This document shows positions 29,789 through 38,305 of a stretch of DNA of 64,000 nucleotides, piece after piece. This DNA is from Bdellovibrionota bacterium (GTDB lineage Bacteria > Bdellovibrionota_C > UBA2361 > JAAYZI01), in the NCBI GenBank assembly GCA_050950765.1, contig JBMNIF010000002.1:512001-576000 (forward strand), read 5' to 3'. Position 1 is the stretch's first letter. Each line of letters begins with the position of its first letter. The notes under the pieces were generated by a model, which searched no databases, was not told the origin of the DNA, and worked only from the letters and a program-made list of their open reading frames with translations. Both the position numbers and the translations under genes were made by a program.

Positions 29789-29846
29789 TCTTGAAAATAG
29801 AGCGACATTTTTTGTCGGAGCGACATTTTTTGTCATATTTTCAAGA
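29789..29846 (+). promoter_or_regulatory. Putative enhancer (UAS) for a sigma54 activator (PilR-like)
   Basis: Two exact GAGCGACATTTTTTGTC copies (29800, 29818), each a GACA-N5-TGTC palindrome, flanked by inverted TCTTGAAAATA/TATTTTCAAGA; ~80-115 bp upstream of the -24/-12 box. Confidence 0.7.
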
Positions 29847-29914
29847 AAGCTCTTTTTAGGGCTAACCTACTAGAAATACTCATATAAGCAAAAAACACCT
29901 CAAGTATTTTCGTA

Positions 29915-29930
29915 TGGCATCCGAATTGCT
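29915..29930 (+). promoter_or_regulatory. sigma54 (-24/-12) promoter of the pilin gene
   Basis: TGGCAT-CCGAA-TTGCT matches the TGGCAC-N5-TTGCW consensus with exact spacing. Confidence 0.8.
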
Positions 29931-30176
29931 TTCTCGATAGGACGTTGTGAGGAGGCATGCTCAAGAGAGAAAAGCGAGAAGCTTTTCTAAGAGTTGCAGC
30001 ATCATAATTCTCGTTATCTCTTATTATAAAGAGGTTAATATTCTATCACGGATGAGAGTGGCTTTGTATCTGTAAATTTTTCTTAAGAAGAACGGTTGAG
30101 TCTTCTAGGGGTATGGAGTGTTTTTAAGATTTTTTTGCAGATGCGTTTTTTATTGGTTATTTTTTAGGGAGTTATT

Positions 30177-30566
30177 ATGAACGAAAAAGGTTTTACATTG
30201 ATTGAACTCTTAGTTGTTGTTGGAATTATCGGCATCTTAGCTGCTATGGCTATTCCACAATTCGCAGAGTACAGAAAGAACGCTTACAACGCTTCTGCTT
30301 CAAGCGACCTCAGAAATGCCGCCACAGCTGAAGAGGCTTATTATGCGTTAAATGAAGAATACCTATCTTGTGAAAATGATGCTTGTGTTCGTAGCGCTGA
30401 TGGCACCACTGGTCTTCCAGGTGTAAAAGCTATCTCCAGCTCAGTTCAATTAGCTATGGTAGCTGATGGTGATGAGTTTACAGGAACTGCACACTCTGAA
30501 AAAGGTAACAAGCAGTATTCATGGGATAGTGCTAACGGCGGTATGCAGGAGCCTACTGACCTCTAG
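30177..30566 (+). CDS. pilA: Type IVa pilin, probable major pilin
   Basis: MNEKG|FTLIELLVVVGIIGILAAMAIPQF prepilin motif, SDLRN...EEAYY; own sigma54 promoter and terminator. Confidence 0.9.
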   Translation: MNEKGFTLIELLVVVGIIGILAAMAIPQFAEYRKNAYNASASSDLRNAATAEEAYYALNEEYLSCENDACVRSADGTTGLPGVKAISSSVQLAMVADGDEFTGTAHSEKGNKQYSWDSANGGMQEPTDL

Positions 30567-30636
30567 TAGTATTTAAAAGAAAAGATTTCTTACGGTGAGT
30601 CTCCATAAATAAAAGATACATCGTAATAATATCCAC

Positions 30637-30666
30637 AGCCGAGACCCGAGAGTCTCGGCTTTTTTT
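30637..30666 (+). terminator. Rho-independent terminator of pilA
   Basis: AGCCGAGAC-CCGAGA-GTCTCGGCT followed by a T-run. Confidence 0.88.
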
Positions 30667-30672
30667 ATCTAA

Positions 30673-32237
30673 CCCAAACTTTTCTGTGATTTACGTAACA
30701 ATAAAGTAACATATTGTTATAACCTATAGAAATTTTTTAAAAATTAACAAAAAAGGGGGTTGACTTTTTTGTTGTTTTGACATACGTATTTAGGTATGGG
30801 AAAGAAAGCAAAAATACACCCTGATTGGGCAACAAAATATCGAGAGAAAGGAAAAGAGGTACGTCTTATCAATGGGAGATATTACCTATATAGCTACAGC
30901 TATAAGTATGACCCTGAGAGGAAAAGGAGCGTGAAAGTTACTGGTAAATTACTTGGACGAATTACAGAAGAGGACGGTTTTATACCAAGTGAGAAGAGAA
31001 GCCTTGTACCTGCTGTGAATATTAAGTGCAGAGAGTATGGTTTATCTCAATTTATCCTCAATCAAAAAACAATTATTGAAAGACTTCGGTGTTATTTTCC
31101 AGATAAGTGGAAGGCTATTTTGCTGATGTCATACAGCAGGATCAAACATTGCTCTCCTATTAAACGCATGAATGATGATTTTGAAAACAGTATGTTGAGT
31201 GAAAAACTTAATTTTCTTCTTAATAAGAAAGCTATTCCGAATATTTTGCAATCGATTGGGAAAGATGAATTTGCTCGTTCTGAATATATGAAGAGTTTTA
31301 TTCATGGAAAAGATTTTTTGTTAATTGATTCTACATTTCTTAGAACATCTATGAGAAAGTCGAGTCTTGCTAAAGGAGGATATAATAAAGACCATTTTTG
31401 GGAAACGCAGGCGAGTTTGCTTTATATTTACTCTAAAAAATTGCAACAACCAGTCTATTATAGGTTATTGGCTGGGAATATAAGAGATGTAAAAGCTCTA
31501 TCTTTAACTATCCAAGAATCAGAAATTGGTGATGCTACTATTATTGCAGATAAGGGTTTCTATTCAGAGTCTAACGTTAAAGATCTTATAGAGAATAAAC
31601 TTAGCTTTGTTATTCCATTGCGTAGAAATAGCTCTCTTATAGACTATGATGGAATAGAAACAAGCAGGAACGTTATTGAATATAATAAAACGTACTTAAG
31701 ATATAAAAAATATAAGATTGGGAATGGATTTATATATCTGTTTAGAGACCCGTTTTTAGCAGGTGAAGAGGAAAATAACTTAGTTTCATTAACAATATCT
31801 CATCCAGAAAAATACAATTTAACAGATGTTGATTTAAAAAAAGTGAGGCTAGGAACTGTTGCATTCTTTTCAAATTTGGACTCATCCGCAGAAGAAATAT
31901 ACACGTTATACAAAATGCGACTATCTATTGAACAATCTTTTGATACGTTAAAAACTGTTTTAAAAGCAGATGCTTCATATATGAGTGATGATGATAAATT
32001 TCAGGGATGGATGTTCGTGAATCACATAGCAATACAGTGGAGCTATGAAATATTAAAAACAATAAAAAAACATAAACTTTCGACTTCAATATCATTAGAA
32101 GATGCTATCAGAAGGTTATCTGAAATTAAAAAAGTTAGGCTTGGGGACTCTTGGTATTTAGCCGAGCAAACTAAAGCAGAGCTAAAAATAGCCGAACTGT
32201 TACTTACTTAACATACGTAAAAAGGGGAAAGTTTGGG
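30673..32237 (+). mobile_element. Complete insertion sequence, IS1634-like (IS4 superfamily), 1565 bp
   Basis: Imperfect TIRs CCCAAACTTT....TTTACGTA at both ends; 6-bp direct repeat ATCTAA at 30667-30672 and 32238-32243; lower GC than flanks. Confidence 0.9.
30796..32211 (+). CDS. DDE transposase (IS1634-like)
   Basis: LIDST (D), GY.KD, IADKGFYS (D), Y..R..IEQSF..LK (E) signature. Confidence 0.9.
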   Translation: MGKKAKIHPDWATKYREKGKEVRLINGRYYLYSYSYKYDPERKRSVKVTGKLLGRITEEDGFIPSEKRSLVPAVNIKCREYGLSQFILNQKTIIERLRCYFPDKWKAILLMSYSRIKHCSPIKRMNDDFENSMLSEKLNFLLNKKAIPNILQSIGKDEFARSEYMKSFIHGKDFLLIDSTFLRTSMRKSSLAKGGYNKDHFWETQASLLYIYSKKLQQPVYYRLLAGNIRDVKALSLTIQESEIGDATIIADKGFYSESNVKDLIENKLSFVIPLRRNSSLIDYDGIETSRNVIEYNKTYLRYKKYKIGNGFIYLFRDPFLAGEEENNLVSLTISHPEKYNLTDVDLKKVRLGTVAFFSNLDSSAEEIYTLYKMRLSIEQSFDTLKTVLKADASYMSDDDKFQGWMFVNHIAIQWSYEILKTIKKHKLSTSISLEDAIRRLSEIKKVRLGDSWYLAEQTKAELKIAELLLT

Positions 32238-32370
32238 ATCTAAAAAACAGCCCCCCTCTTTAACTCTAAGATACGTTTTTTTATTTTTACCTTAATTAAA
32301 TTTTACCTCAAAAAAGGCTTTTTTCATAACCGTTAAAGGCTCTGTTAAAGTGGTTATCCTTGTGAGTAGG

Positions 32371-32826
32371 TTAAATTCCTAGCTCGGAAAAAGCTTTTTC
32401 ATAACCGACTAAACGTCGCGGCTCAGCTAACTTTCTAACCTCTGCCACGCTACACCACCGCCAATTCATCAACTCCTGATCGTAACGATTAAGGGTGATC
32501 TCTGCGTCAGAACCCAGATATTCAAGAACAAAAAATGTTTGGACTTGACCTCTCCACTTTCCGAGATAGTGGGCGGGGATAGGGTCTGAGAACTCATATT
32601 CATGTTGCGCTAAAAGGTGCTGCAAGATTTTAAAGTTTTTTTTAGGCACCCCTAGCTCTTCGTGCGCTTCCTTAATAGCAGCCTCTGCGGGGGTCATGCC
32701 CTGCTCTATTCCACCTTGTGGAAGTTGCCAAATACCAGGACAGCCGAACCTTTCAGCGAGAAAGATCTCCCGCTCTTTATTTAAAATAATAAGGCAAACA
32801 TTGGGACGAAGCGGTATCTCTGACAT
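32371..32826 (-). CDS. rppH: RNA pyrophosphohydrolase (Nudix)
   Basis: RPNV, WQLPQGGIE.G.....AA.KE..EELG Nudix box, RGQ.Q. Confidence 0.85.
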   Translation of the reverse strand: MSEIPLRPNVCLIILNKEREIFLAERFGCPGIWQLPQGGIEQGMTPAEAAIKEAHEELGVPKKNFKILQHLLAQHEYEFSDPIPAHYLGKWRGQVQTFFVLEYLGSDAEITLNRYDQELMNWRWCSVAEVRKLAEPRRLVGYEKAFSELGI

Positions 32827-32852
32827 CTTAAATCCGTTTTTATATGAAACAT

Positions 32853-34430
32853 CTATGCCTCTTTTTGGGCTTCTCTCAACAGGAATAGCTCATATGAATC
32901 AATCAATGCTGCATAACTAGCATCTATAATATTGTGAGAGACTCCAACTGTTGACCACCGTTCTTTTCCCAAAGCAGCTTCAATAGTTACCCTTGTGGTA
33001 GCACCCGTAGCTCGATCAGGATCAAGGATACGCACCTTGTAATCAACTAAGCTAACATCTTTTAAGGTTGGGAAGTGAGAGAGGAGGGCTTTTCTCAAAG
33101 CTTGATCAAGAGCATCCACAGGTCCCACCCCTTCACCGACCATATGAATAATCTCAGCACCTATCTTCAATTTTACCACCGCTTCAACGGTAAACATGGT
33201 GTTTCTGCGACATTCAGAAACCACCATCATATCAATCTTTTCAAAGGGTGGCTTATAATCGGGGCTATCTTTTCTTAGCAACAGTTCGAAGGTGCCTTCA
33301 GCATTTTCAAATTGAAATCCTTTATGCTCAAGCTCCTTAATTTTATCCAAAACTGCTTTTTCATTTCCTTGCAACTTTAATCCCAACTCAGCTGCACGAA
33401 TTCTGATATTACCACGTCCTGAAAGCTCAGAGATTATAAAGGTACGTTTATTACCGACTAGCGCAGGTGCGATATGTTCATAACTACTACTCTCTTTTTC
33501 AACTGCTGCTACATGAATTCCGCCTTTATGTGCAAAAGCAGAGGATCCGACGTAAGGTGCCTGCTTATCAGGATTAAGATTAGCAATACCACTGACCTTC
33601 AACGAAAGGTCTGTCAACGAACTTAATCCCTCCGGCGTTAAGCAATCAAACCCCATCTTCAATTGCAAGTTCGGAATTATCGAGATGAGATCGGCATTAC
33701 CGCAACGCTCACCGTATCCGTTAATTGTTCCCTGTACGTGGTCACAACCAGCTGCTACCGCAGTTAATGAGTTAGCAACAGCCAAACCGGAATCGTTATG
33801 AACGTGTACCCCCAAGTGGCAAGAGATATTTTTTTTAGCTTCAGAGACGATATCATTTATCCGCCACGGTAGAGATCCGCCGTTTGTATCACATAAGGTG
33901 ACGGTATCAGCACCTGCTGCACACGCCGTCTTGATCGTTAAAAGAGCGTATTCAGGATTGGCGATATAGCCGTCAAAGAAGTGTTCGGCATCAAAAACAA
34001 CCTCCTTACCGTGCTCTTTCATCCACTTAATACTCTCGGAGATCATGTTTAAGTTTTCTTCTAAAGTTGTCCGCAAAACTTCCTTTACATGAAAATCCCA
34101 TGTTTTTCCGACGAGTGCTACAACAGGCGTATTGGCTTGTAAAAGCAACTTTAAATTTTCATCATCTTCTACATCGATAGAGTGTCTACGCGTACTCCCG
34201 AAAGCCGCCATCTTGGCGTGTTGTAAGCCTAGCTCTAAAACTCGTTCGAAGAATTCACAATCTTTCGGATTAGATCCCGGCCATCCCCCCTCGATATAAT
34301 CGAAGCAAACACTATCAAGGAGTGTTGCTATCTTTAATTTATCTTCAACAGAGAAACTGATCCCACGCCGCTGGCTCCCATCTCGCAAGGTCGTATCATA
34401 TAATTGAATATGTTTTGTTTTTTCCGTCAT
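32853..34430 (-). CDS. cimA: Citramalate synthase (LeuA/CimA family)
   Basis: YDTTLRDG.Q, IEGGWPGSNPKD, DAEHFFDGY, CDTNGG, H.HNDSG, GYGERCGNADL, AHKGGIH, SELSG, C-terminal regulatory domain. Confidence 0.9.
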   Translation of the reverse strand: MTEKTKHIQLYDTTLRDGSQRRGISFSVEDKLKIATLLDSVCFDYIEGGWPGSNPKDCEFFERVLELGLQHAKMAAFGSTRRHSIDVEDDENLKLLLQANTPVVALVGKTWDFHVKEVLRTTLEENLNMISESIKWMKEHGKEVVFDAEHFFDGYIANPEYALLTIKTACAAGADTVTLCDTNGGSLPWRINDIVSEAKKNISCHLGVHVHNDSGLAVANSLTAVAAGCDHVQGTINGYGERCGNADLISIIPNLQLKMGFDCLTPEGLSSLTDLSLKVSGIANLNPDKQAPYVGSSAFAHKGGIHVAAVEKESSSYEHIAPALVGNKRTFIISELSGRGNIRIRAAELGLKLQGNEKAVLDKIKELEHKGFQFENAEGTFELLLRKDSPDYKPPFEKIDMMVVSECRRNTMFTVEAVVKLKIGAEIIHMVGEGVGPVDALDQALRKALLSHFPTLKDVSLVDYKVRILDPDRATGATTRVTIEAALGKERWSTVGVSHNIIDASYAALIDSYELFLLREAQKEA

Positions 34431-34643
34431 TCATTACCTTTTCTTTTAACGTTTATCTTTTATACTGTCTGCTATACTATCCGCTTCGAAAAATTTATTT
34501 AAAAAAAACAATACCTCTTATCAAGAGATCTGATTTTCCCTTGCTCTTAGCAAATTAGCAATATAACGTACACGTTGGAGTGCCATCTTGTACACCGTTA
34601 AGATAATCAGATGGTATAAAGTTTTCAAGATATTGAAAGTATT

Positions 34644-35771
34644 ATGCGCACACCATTCCCTTATTTTGTCTATTTTCTTATCTCTTTTGCTCTGTGCGGT
34701 TGCAGTGCCAAAGAGGATCTTCCGCCGTCATTTCTCGCCAATATGGATGACTTTAAGAAGCATGATATAGTTCCCGATTTTTACCTCTTAAAAACGCCGC
34801 AAACTCCAACTACAAAATATCATAGTGTAATTATTGAAACTCCGTTACTGTCTCTAAACAGGGAGCAGAGATATTATTATGCCGATCCTTCATTTTTAAA
34901 GTTCGTGACCGATCTTTTACGAGAACAGGTTGCCCTTAGTGTAGGTAATGATTTCAAGATAACTGAATCCCCTTCTCCGAAAACTTTCAGGCTACGCCTT
35001 GCTATCACAAACGTCACCCTCCCCGATCATAAAACACTCCTCACGGCAAGGCACGGCGGTTTAGTGCCGATTAGCCTTGATGATACGATTTTAGAGGCGT
35101 ATTTTGAAGATTCCTTAAGTGGGGATCTTTTAGGTGGGGTAAGAGATTTAAGGATAGGAAAGGTACGAAATCCCAAACTTATTCAAGGTTTTTCATCTCC
35201 TCTTTATCTTAAAAGCACCTTCGCCGCATGGAGCGGTGAATTAAGAGCGATCCTTTATGAGATATGCGTTCCCCCTACACATAAAAAAGATAAGGTGCAT
35301 TCTAATAAAAAAAGAGAGCTTAAAGAGGGAGAGAGAAAATTCACTTCCAGCACAACAGGAGATATTAAAGATGGTGAGGAAAAATTTAACTCCAATACAA
35401 CAGAAGAGCTTAAAGAGGGAGAGAGAAAATTCACTTCCAGCACAACAGAAGATCTTAAAGACGGTGAGGAAAGATCGTATTCTAATGCAAAAGGAAAGCT
35501 TAAAGATAGAGAGAGGAAATTCACTTCCAGCACAACAGAAGATCTTAAAGATAGAGAGGAAAAAACTTCTTCTAATGTAACAGGAGGTCTTAGAGAGGAA
35601 AGCAACAAGATAATGCCCTCCTTGCCTATCTTTATTGATAACGAACTATTTATTGATAACGAACGAAGAGGTTTTAATTCAGGAAGTGCGTTTAAACCTC
35701 AATCTAAAGAAGCGCCTCTTTTTAATGGTGTAGAGAAGAACGAGGATAAAGCTATAAAGAAGGTGCTTTAG
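34644..35771 (+). CDS. Lipoprotein, DUF3313-like domain plus C-terminal tandem repeats
   Basis: Lipobox LCGC; LRLAIT and EA...DS.SG.LLG..RD motifs; ~20-aa repeats at 35300-35600. Confidence 0.65.
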   Translation: MRTPFPYFVYFLISFALCGCSAKEDLPPSFLANMDDFKKHDIVPDFYLLKTPQTPTTKYHSVIIETPLLSLNREQRYYYADPSFLKFVTDLLREQVALSVGNDFKITESPSPKTFRLRLAITNVTLPDHKTLLTARHGGLVPISLDDTILEAYFEDSLSGDLLGGVRDLRIGKVRNPKLIQGFSSPLYLKSTFAAWSGELRAILYEICVPPTHKKDKVHSNKKRELKEGERKFTSSTTGDIKDGEEKFNSNTTEELKEGERKFTSSTTEDLKDGEERSYSNAKGKLKDRERKFTSSTTEDLKDREEKTSSNVTGGLREESNKIMPSLPIFIDNELFIDNERRGFNSGSAFKPQSKEAPLFNGVEKNEDKAIKKVL

Positions 35772-35939
35772 TTAGGGTAAGGGAGAACCGAGCTTCTGAA
35801 AATGTAGATTTAAAGAGAAGGAAGTAGATAAAACTATAAATAAGGTACCTTAGGGTAAGGGAGAACTGAGTTTCTGAAAATGTAGATTTAAAGAGAAGGA
35901 AGTAGATAAAACCATAAATAAGGTACCTTAGGGTAAGGG
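35772..35939 (+). repeat. Intergenic tandem repeat, 2.15 x 78 bp
   Basis: TTAGGGTAAGGG at 35772, 35850 and 35928 with near-identical intervening sequence. Confidence 0.9.
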
Positions 35940-36067
35940 TTTAGACCTTAGTTTTTTCCTATTCTCTTTTACCGAGTTATAGAAAGTTACACGGCAGATC
36001 AGTTTAAACCTTAACTTTATCTCTACCTTCTTTTATCTATGTTACGTTCTCTAGTGTTGTATCTAGA

Positions 36068-37057
36068 TCAGAGACACTTTCCGTCTTTATTCGGTGCGGA
36101 TAGCATCTTTCCATCTAAAATTGTACGAGGCACTGCTTTTAAAACCAATTCAGATCCGCCGCCGTAATCGTTATATTCCACCGTTATCTTATGTTTCCCA
36201 GGAGTGATAACCGTTGTTGCATTTTTCATAAGAAATGAATGCGCTCCCCAGTTATTGATAATAATTTTATCATCTATCATTAACCTTGAGCCGTCATCAG
36301 AGCCTAATTCAAAATTAACTTTGAGATCTTCCTTCGTTTCAATACAACTTTCAAAACGCACGGAGAAGGAGGGGGTAACTCCACTTACCCTTCTTAACTT
36401 TGAGCGATTTTTTAAAGAAACTATCTTCTCTGTGGATTTAATTTTAGGCTCTCCTGCTAGATCGGCATTTGAAAAATAAGAGACGCGCCACGGATTAGGT
36501 ACGCAGAGATTCCAAACGATAGCCACACAGATCATAACGGCACAGATAGAAACAAGATAAAGAGCTGCCGTTTTACGTTTATCATCAAAAAAACTTCGAT
36601 TAAACCTCTTATCAAGATCCGCATTAGCTTTAGCCAATACATTTCTAAGGGTTAGATAGTGATCTTGCAAACAATTTGAGGGTAAACTTTCTGGGATAAA
36701 ATCAGAGTGTAGCGCCGTTTGAAAAATTGAAAGGTGCTGATACAGATTTTCCGATGTAACCGTTCCAAAAAGCTCCACCTCTTGCAGATCAAGCACGATA
36801 TTATCGGGGTCTGGTGTATTTTCACCGTTTAAATACGACTGAAAGATCGCAAAATTATACCAAGCTTTCAAAAGGAGAAGGGCTTGTTCTTTCTCCGAAC
36901 CGTAAACCGCTACCGCAATATTATCGATACATTCAAGGCTTTTTTGCAAAGAGAGTAAGAGATCCTTTGCCTTTTCGTATGTTACCTGCGCTTCAACGGA
37001 ATCTTTTTTTTTCGCCATTATCTCCCTCGTTATTAAATGCCTCGATCTGTTATTCAT
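36068..37057 (-). CDS. Membrane-anchored PA14-domain protein
   Basis: Central TM, then YF.N..L.GEP, FSVRF, SDDGSRL.ID, NWG.H, G.H.I.VEY. Confidence 0.82.
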   Translation of the reverse strand: MNNRSRHLITREIMAKKKDSVEAQVTYEKAKDLLLSLQKSLECIDNIAVAVYGSEKEQALLLLKAWYNFAIFQSYLNGENTPDPDNIVLDLQEVELFGTVTSENLYQHLSIFQTALHSDFIPESLPSNCLQDHYLTLRNVLAKANADLDKRFNRSFFDDKRKTAALYLVSICAVMICVAIVWNLCVPNPWRVSYFSNADLAGEPKIKSTEKIVSLKNRSKLRRVSGVTPSFSVRFESCIETKEDLKVNFELGSDDGSRLMIDDKIIINNWGAHSFLMKNATTVITPGKHKITVEYNDYGGGSELVLKAVPRTILDGKMLSAPNKDGKCL

Positions 37058-37240
37058 CCTAACACGATTTTTTTCTCGGCAATACCCGTATTTTACCTAT
37101 GAAAAGGTGGTATTACTAATAATTATTCGTAGATAGAGAAGAAAAATCTCTTTATTTTACACCAAAGATGAAGCAACATCCTTATTTTTACAGATCTGCT
37201 ATCACAATAATTGAAGGTTTATTTTTAGAGAGGTTGCGCT

Positions 37241-38155
37241 ATGAGTAATATAGCTTATGCCTATAACGATGACGAAACTGTTAACGAAGAATATAGGAAT
37301 CACGCCAAAGAATTAAAATTGATGTACGGCTTTAATGACGGGAGCCCAAGTATAATTAGTGCCTTCTGCGGCCTTTTAAAGGGAGCACTTTTACTTGTAA
37401 TGGTACTGGCGATATTTTCAATCGCCATCTTGATTATTTACCTCAGTCAACATCAAGAACAGATCCCTGCTTTTAGAGCAAAAGTCACAAGTATTATCTC
37501 CACCTACTCCGGCTTATCATTCGGCGAAATAGAAGAGATGCGTCAAAATGTTTCAAGCTCCTTAGAAAAAACAATTCCTCAGATAAAAGATCTGGCGCTT
37601 TCAGAAACGTCACGCAGCGCTGTCTCTGCTTCTGAAGCAGACCTCGCTCTTCTAAATAGTAAAGTTGATATGAGCGAGCCTATCGTAAGAGCGCTCTACA
37701 ATTCAGGGGTAACGGAGCCTGCAAAACTGATTAACGCTGGTATCGTTATTAAAGAGAGTAGATCCCAAAAGGTCGACCCATTACTAGCGCTTGCAATCGC
37801 AATGCGTGACAGTAAACTTGATGCTTCATCAAAAAGCTTACGTGGTTTTGGACTTTTTAAGATTAGTAGCAGCAAGATCCCCAATTTAACCAAGTCACTC
37901 AATATGGCAACACTTACGGAAGAAGCTCTCCTTATTCCCGAGATCAATGCCAAGATAGGTGTTAAATATATTGCGTTACTCGGTGAAAAATTTCGTAACG
38001 CCCAAGAGTCAATAATTTACGGCTACTATCTTGGTGCTAAACCGTACCTTGCAACACTACTAGGAAAAGAAACACTCTCAGAAGACGCTATTAATTACGC
38101 ACACACTGTTTCAGGCAATTACCTCTCCCTATCAAAGAGAGTACGCCCTAACTAA
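37241..38155 (+). CDS. Membrane-anchored lytic-transglycosylase-like (SLT) protein with degenerate motifs
   Basis: TM, then VDPLLALAIAMRDS, GFGLFKI, L..PE.N..IG.KY, YYLG. Confidence 0.65.
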   Translation: MSNIAYAYNDDETVNEEYRNHAKELKLMYGFNDGSPSIISAFCGLLKGALLLVMVLAIFSIAILIIYLSQHQEQIPAFRAKVTSIISTYSGLSFGEIEEMRQNVSSSLEKTIPQIKDLALSETSRSAVSASEADLALLNSKVDMSEPIVRALYNSGVTEPAKLINAGIVIKESRSQKVDPLLALAIAMRDSKLDASSKSLRGFGLFKISSSKIPNLTKSLNMATLTEEALLIPEINAKIGVKYIALLGEKFRNAQESIIYGYYLGAKPYLATLLGKETLSEDAINYAHTVSGNYLSLSKRVRPN

Positions 38156-38165
38156 ACAGCTATAA

Positions 38166-38292
38166 TTTTTTGACCCTCATAAAAATCTAGCTGATTCGGT
38201 TTTTAGTCGCAGCCCGCTCAATTATCACTAGAGGAAGGGTCGTCCCTAAAAAGCTCAAAACCGTCTCTGCTAACATCTTGATATTATTAGCT
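38166..38292 (-). repeat. Dispersed ~70-bp repeat family, locus 3
   Basis: Reverse complement ATTGAGCGGGCTGCGACTAAAAACCGAATCAGCTAGATTTTTATGAGGGTCAAAAA matches the second unit at 29720; GCTAATAATATCAAGATGTTAGCA is also shared with 8374-8397. Confidence 0.8.
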
Positions 38293-38305
38293 ATTACAAT
38301 TTTAG

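Noticed and set aside
35255..35608. Alternative-frame ORFs over the repeat region
   Set aside because: By-products of the stop-free tandem repeat inside the lipoprotein gene
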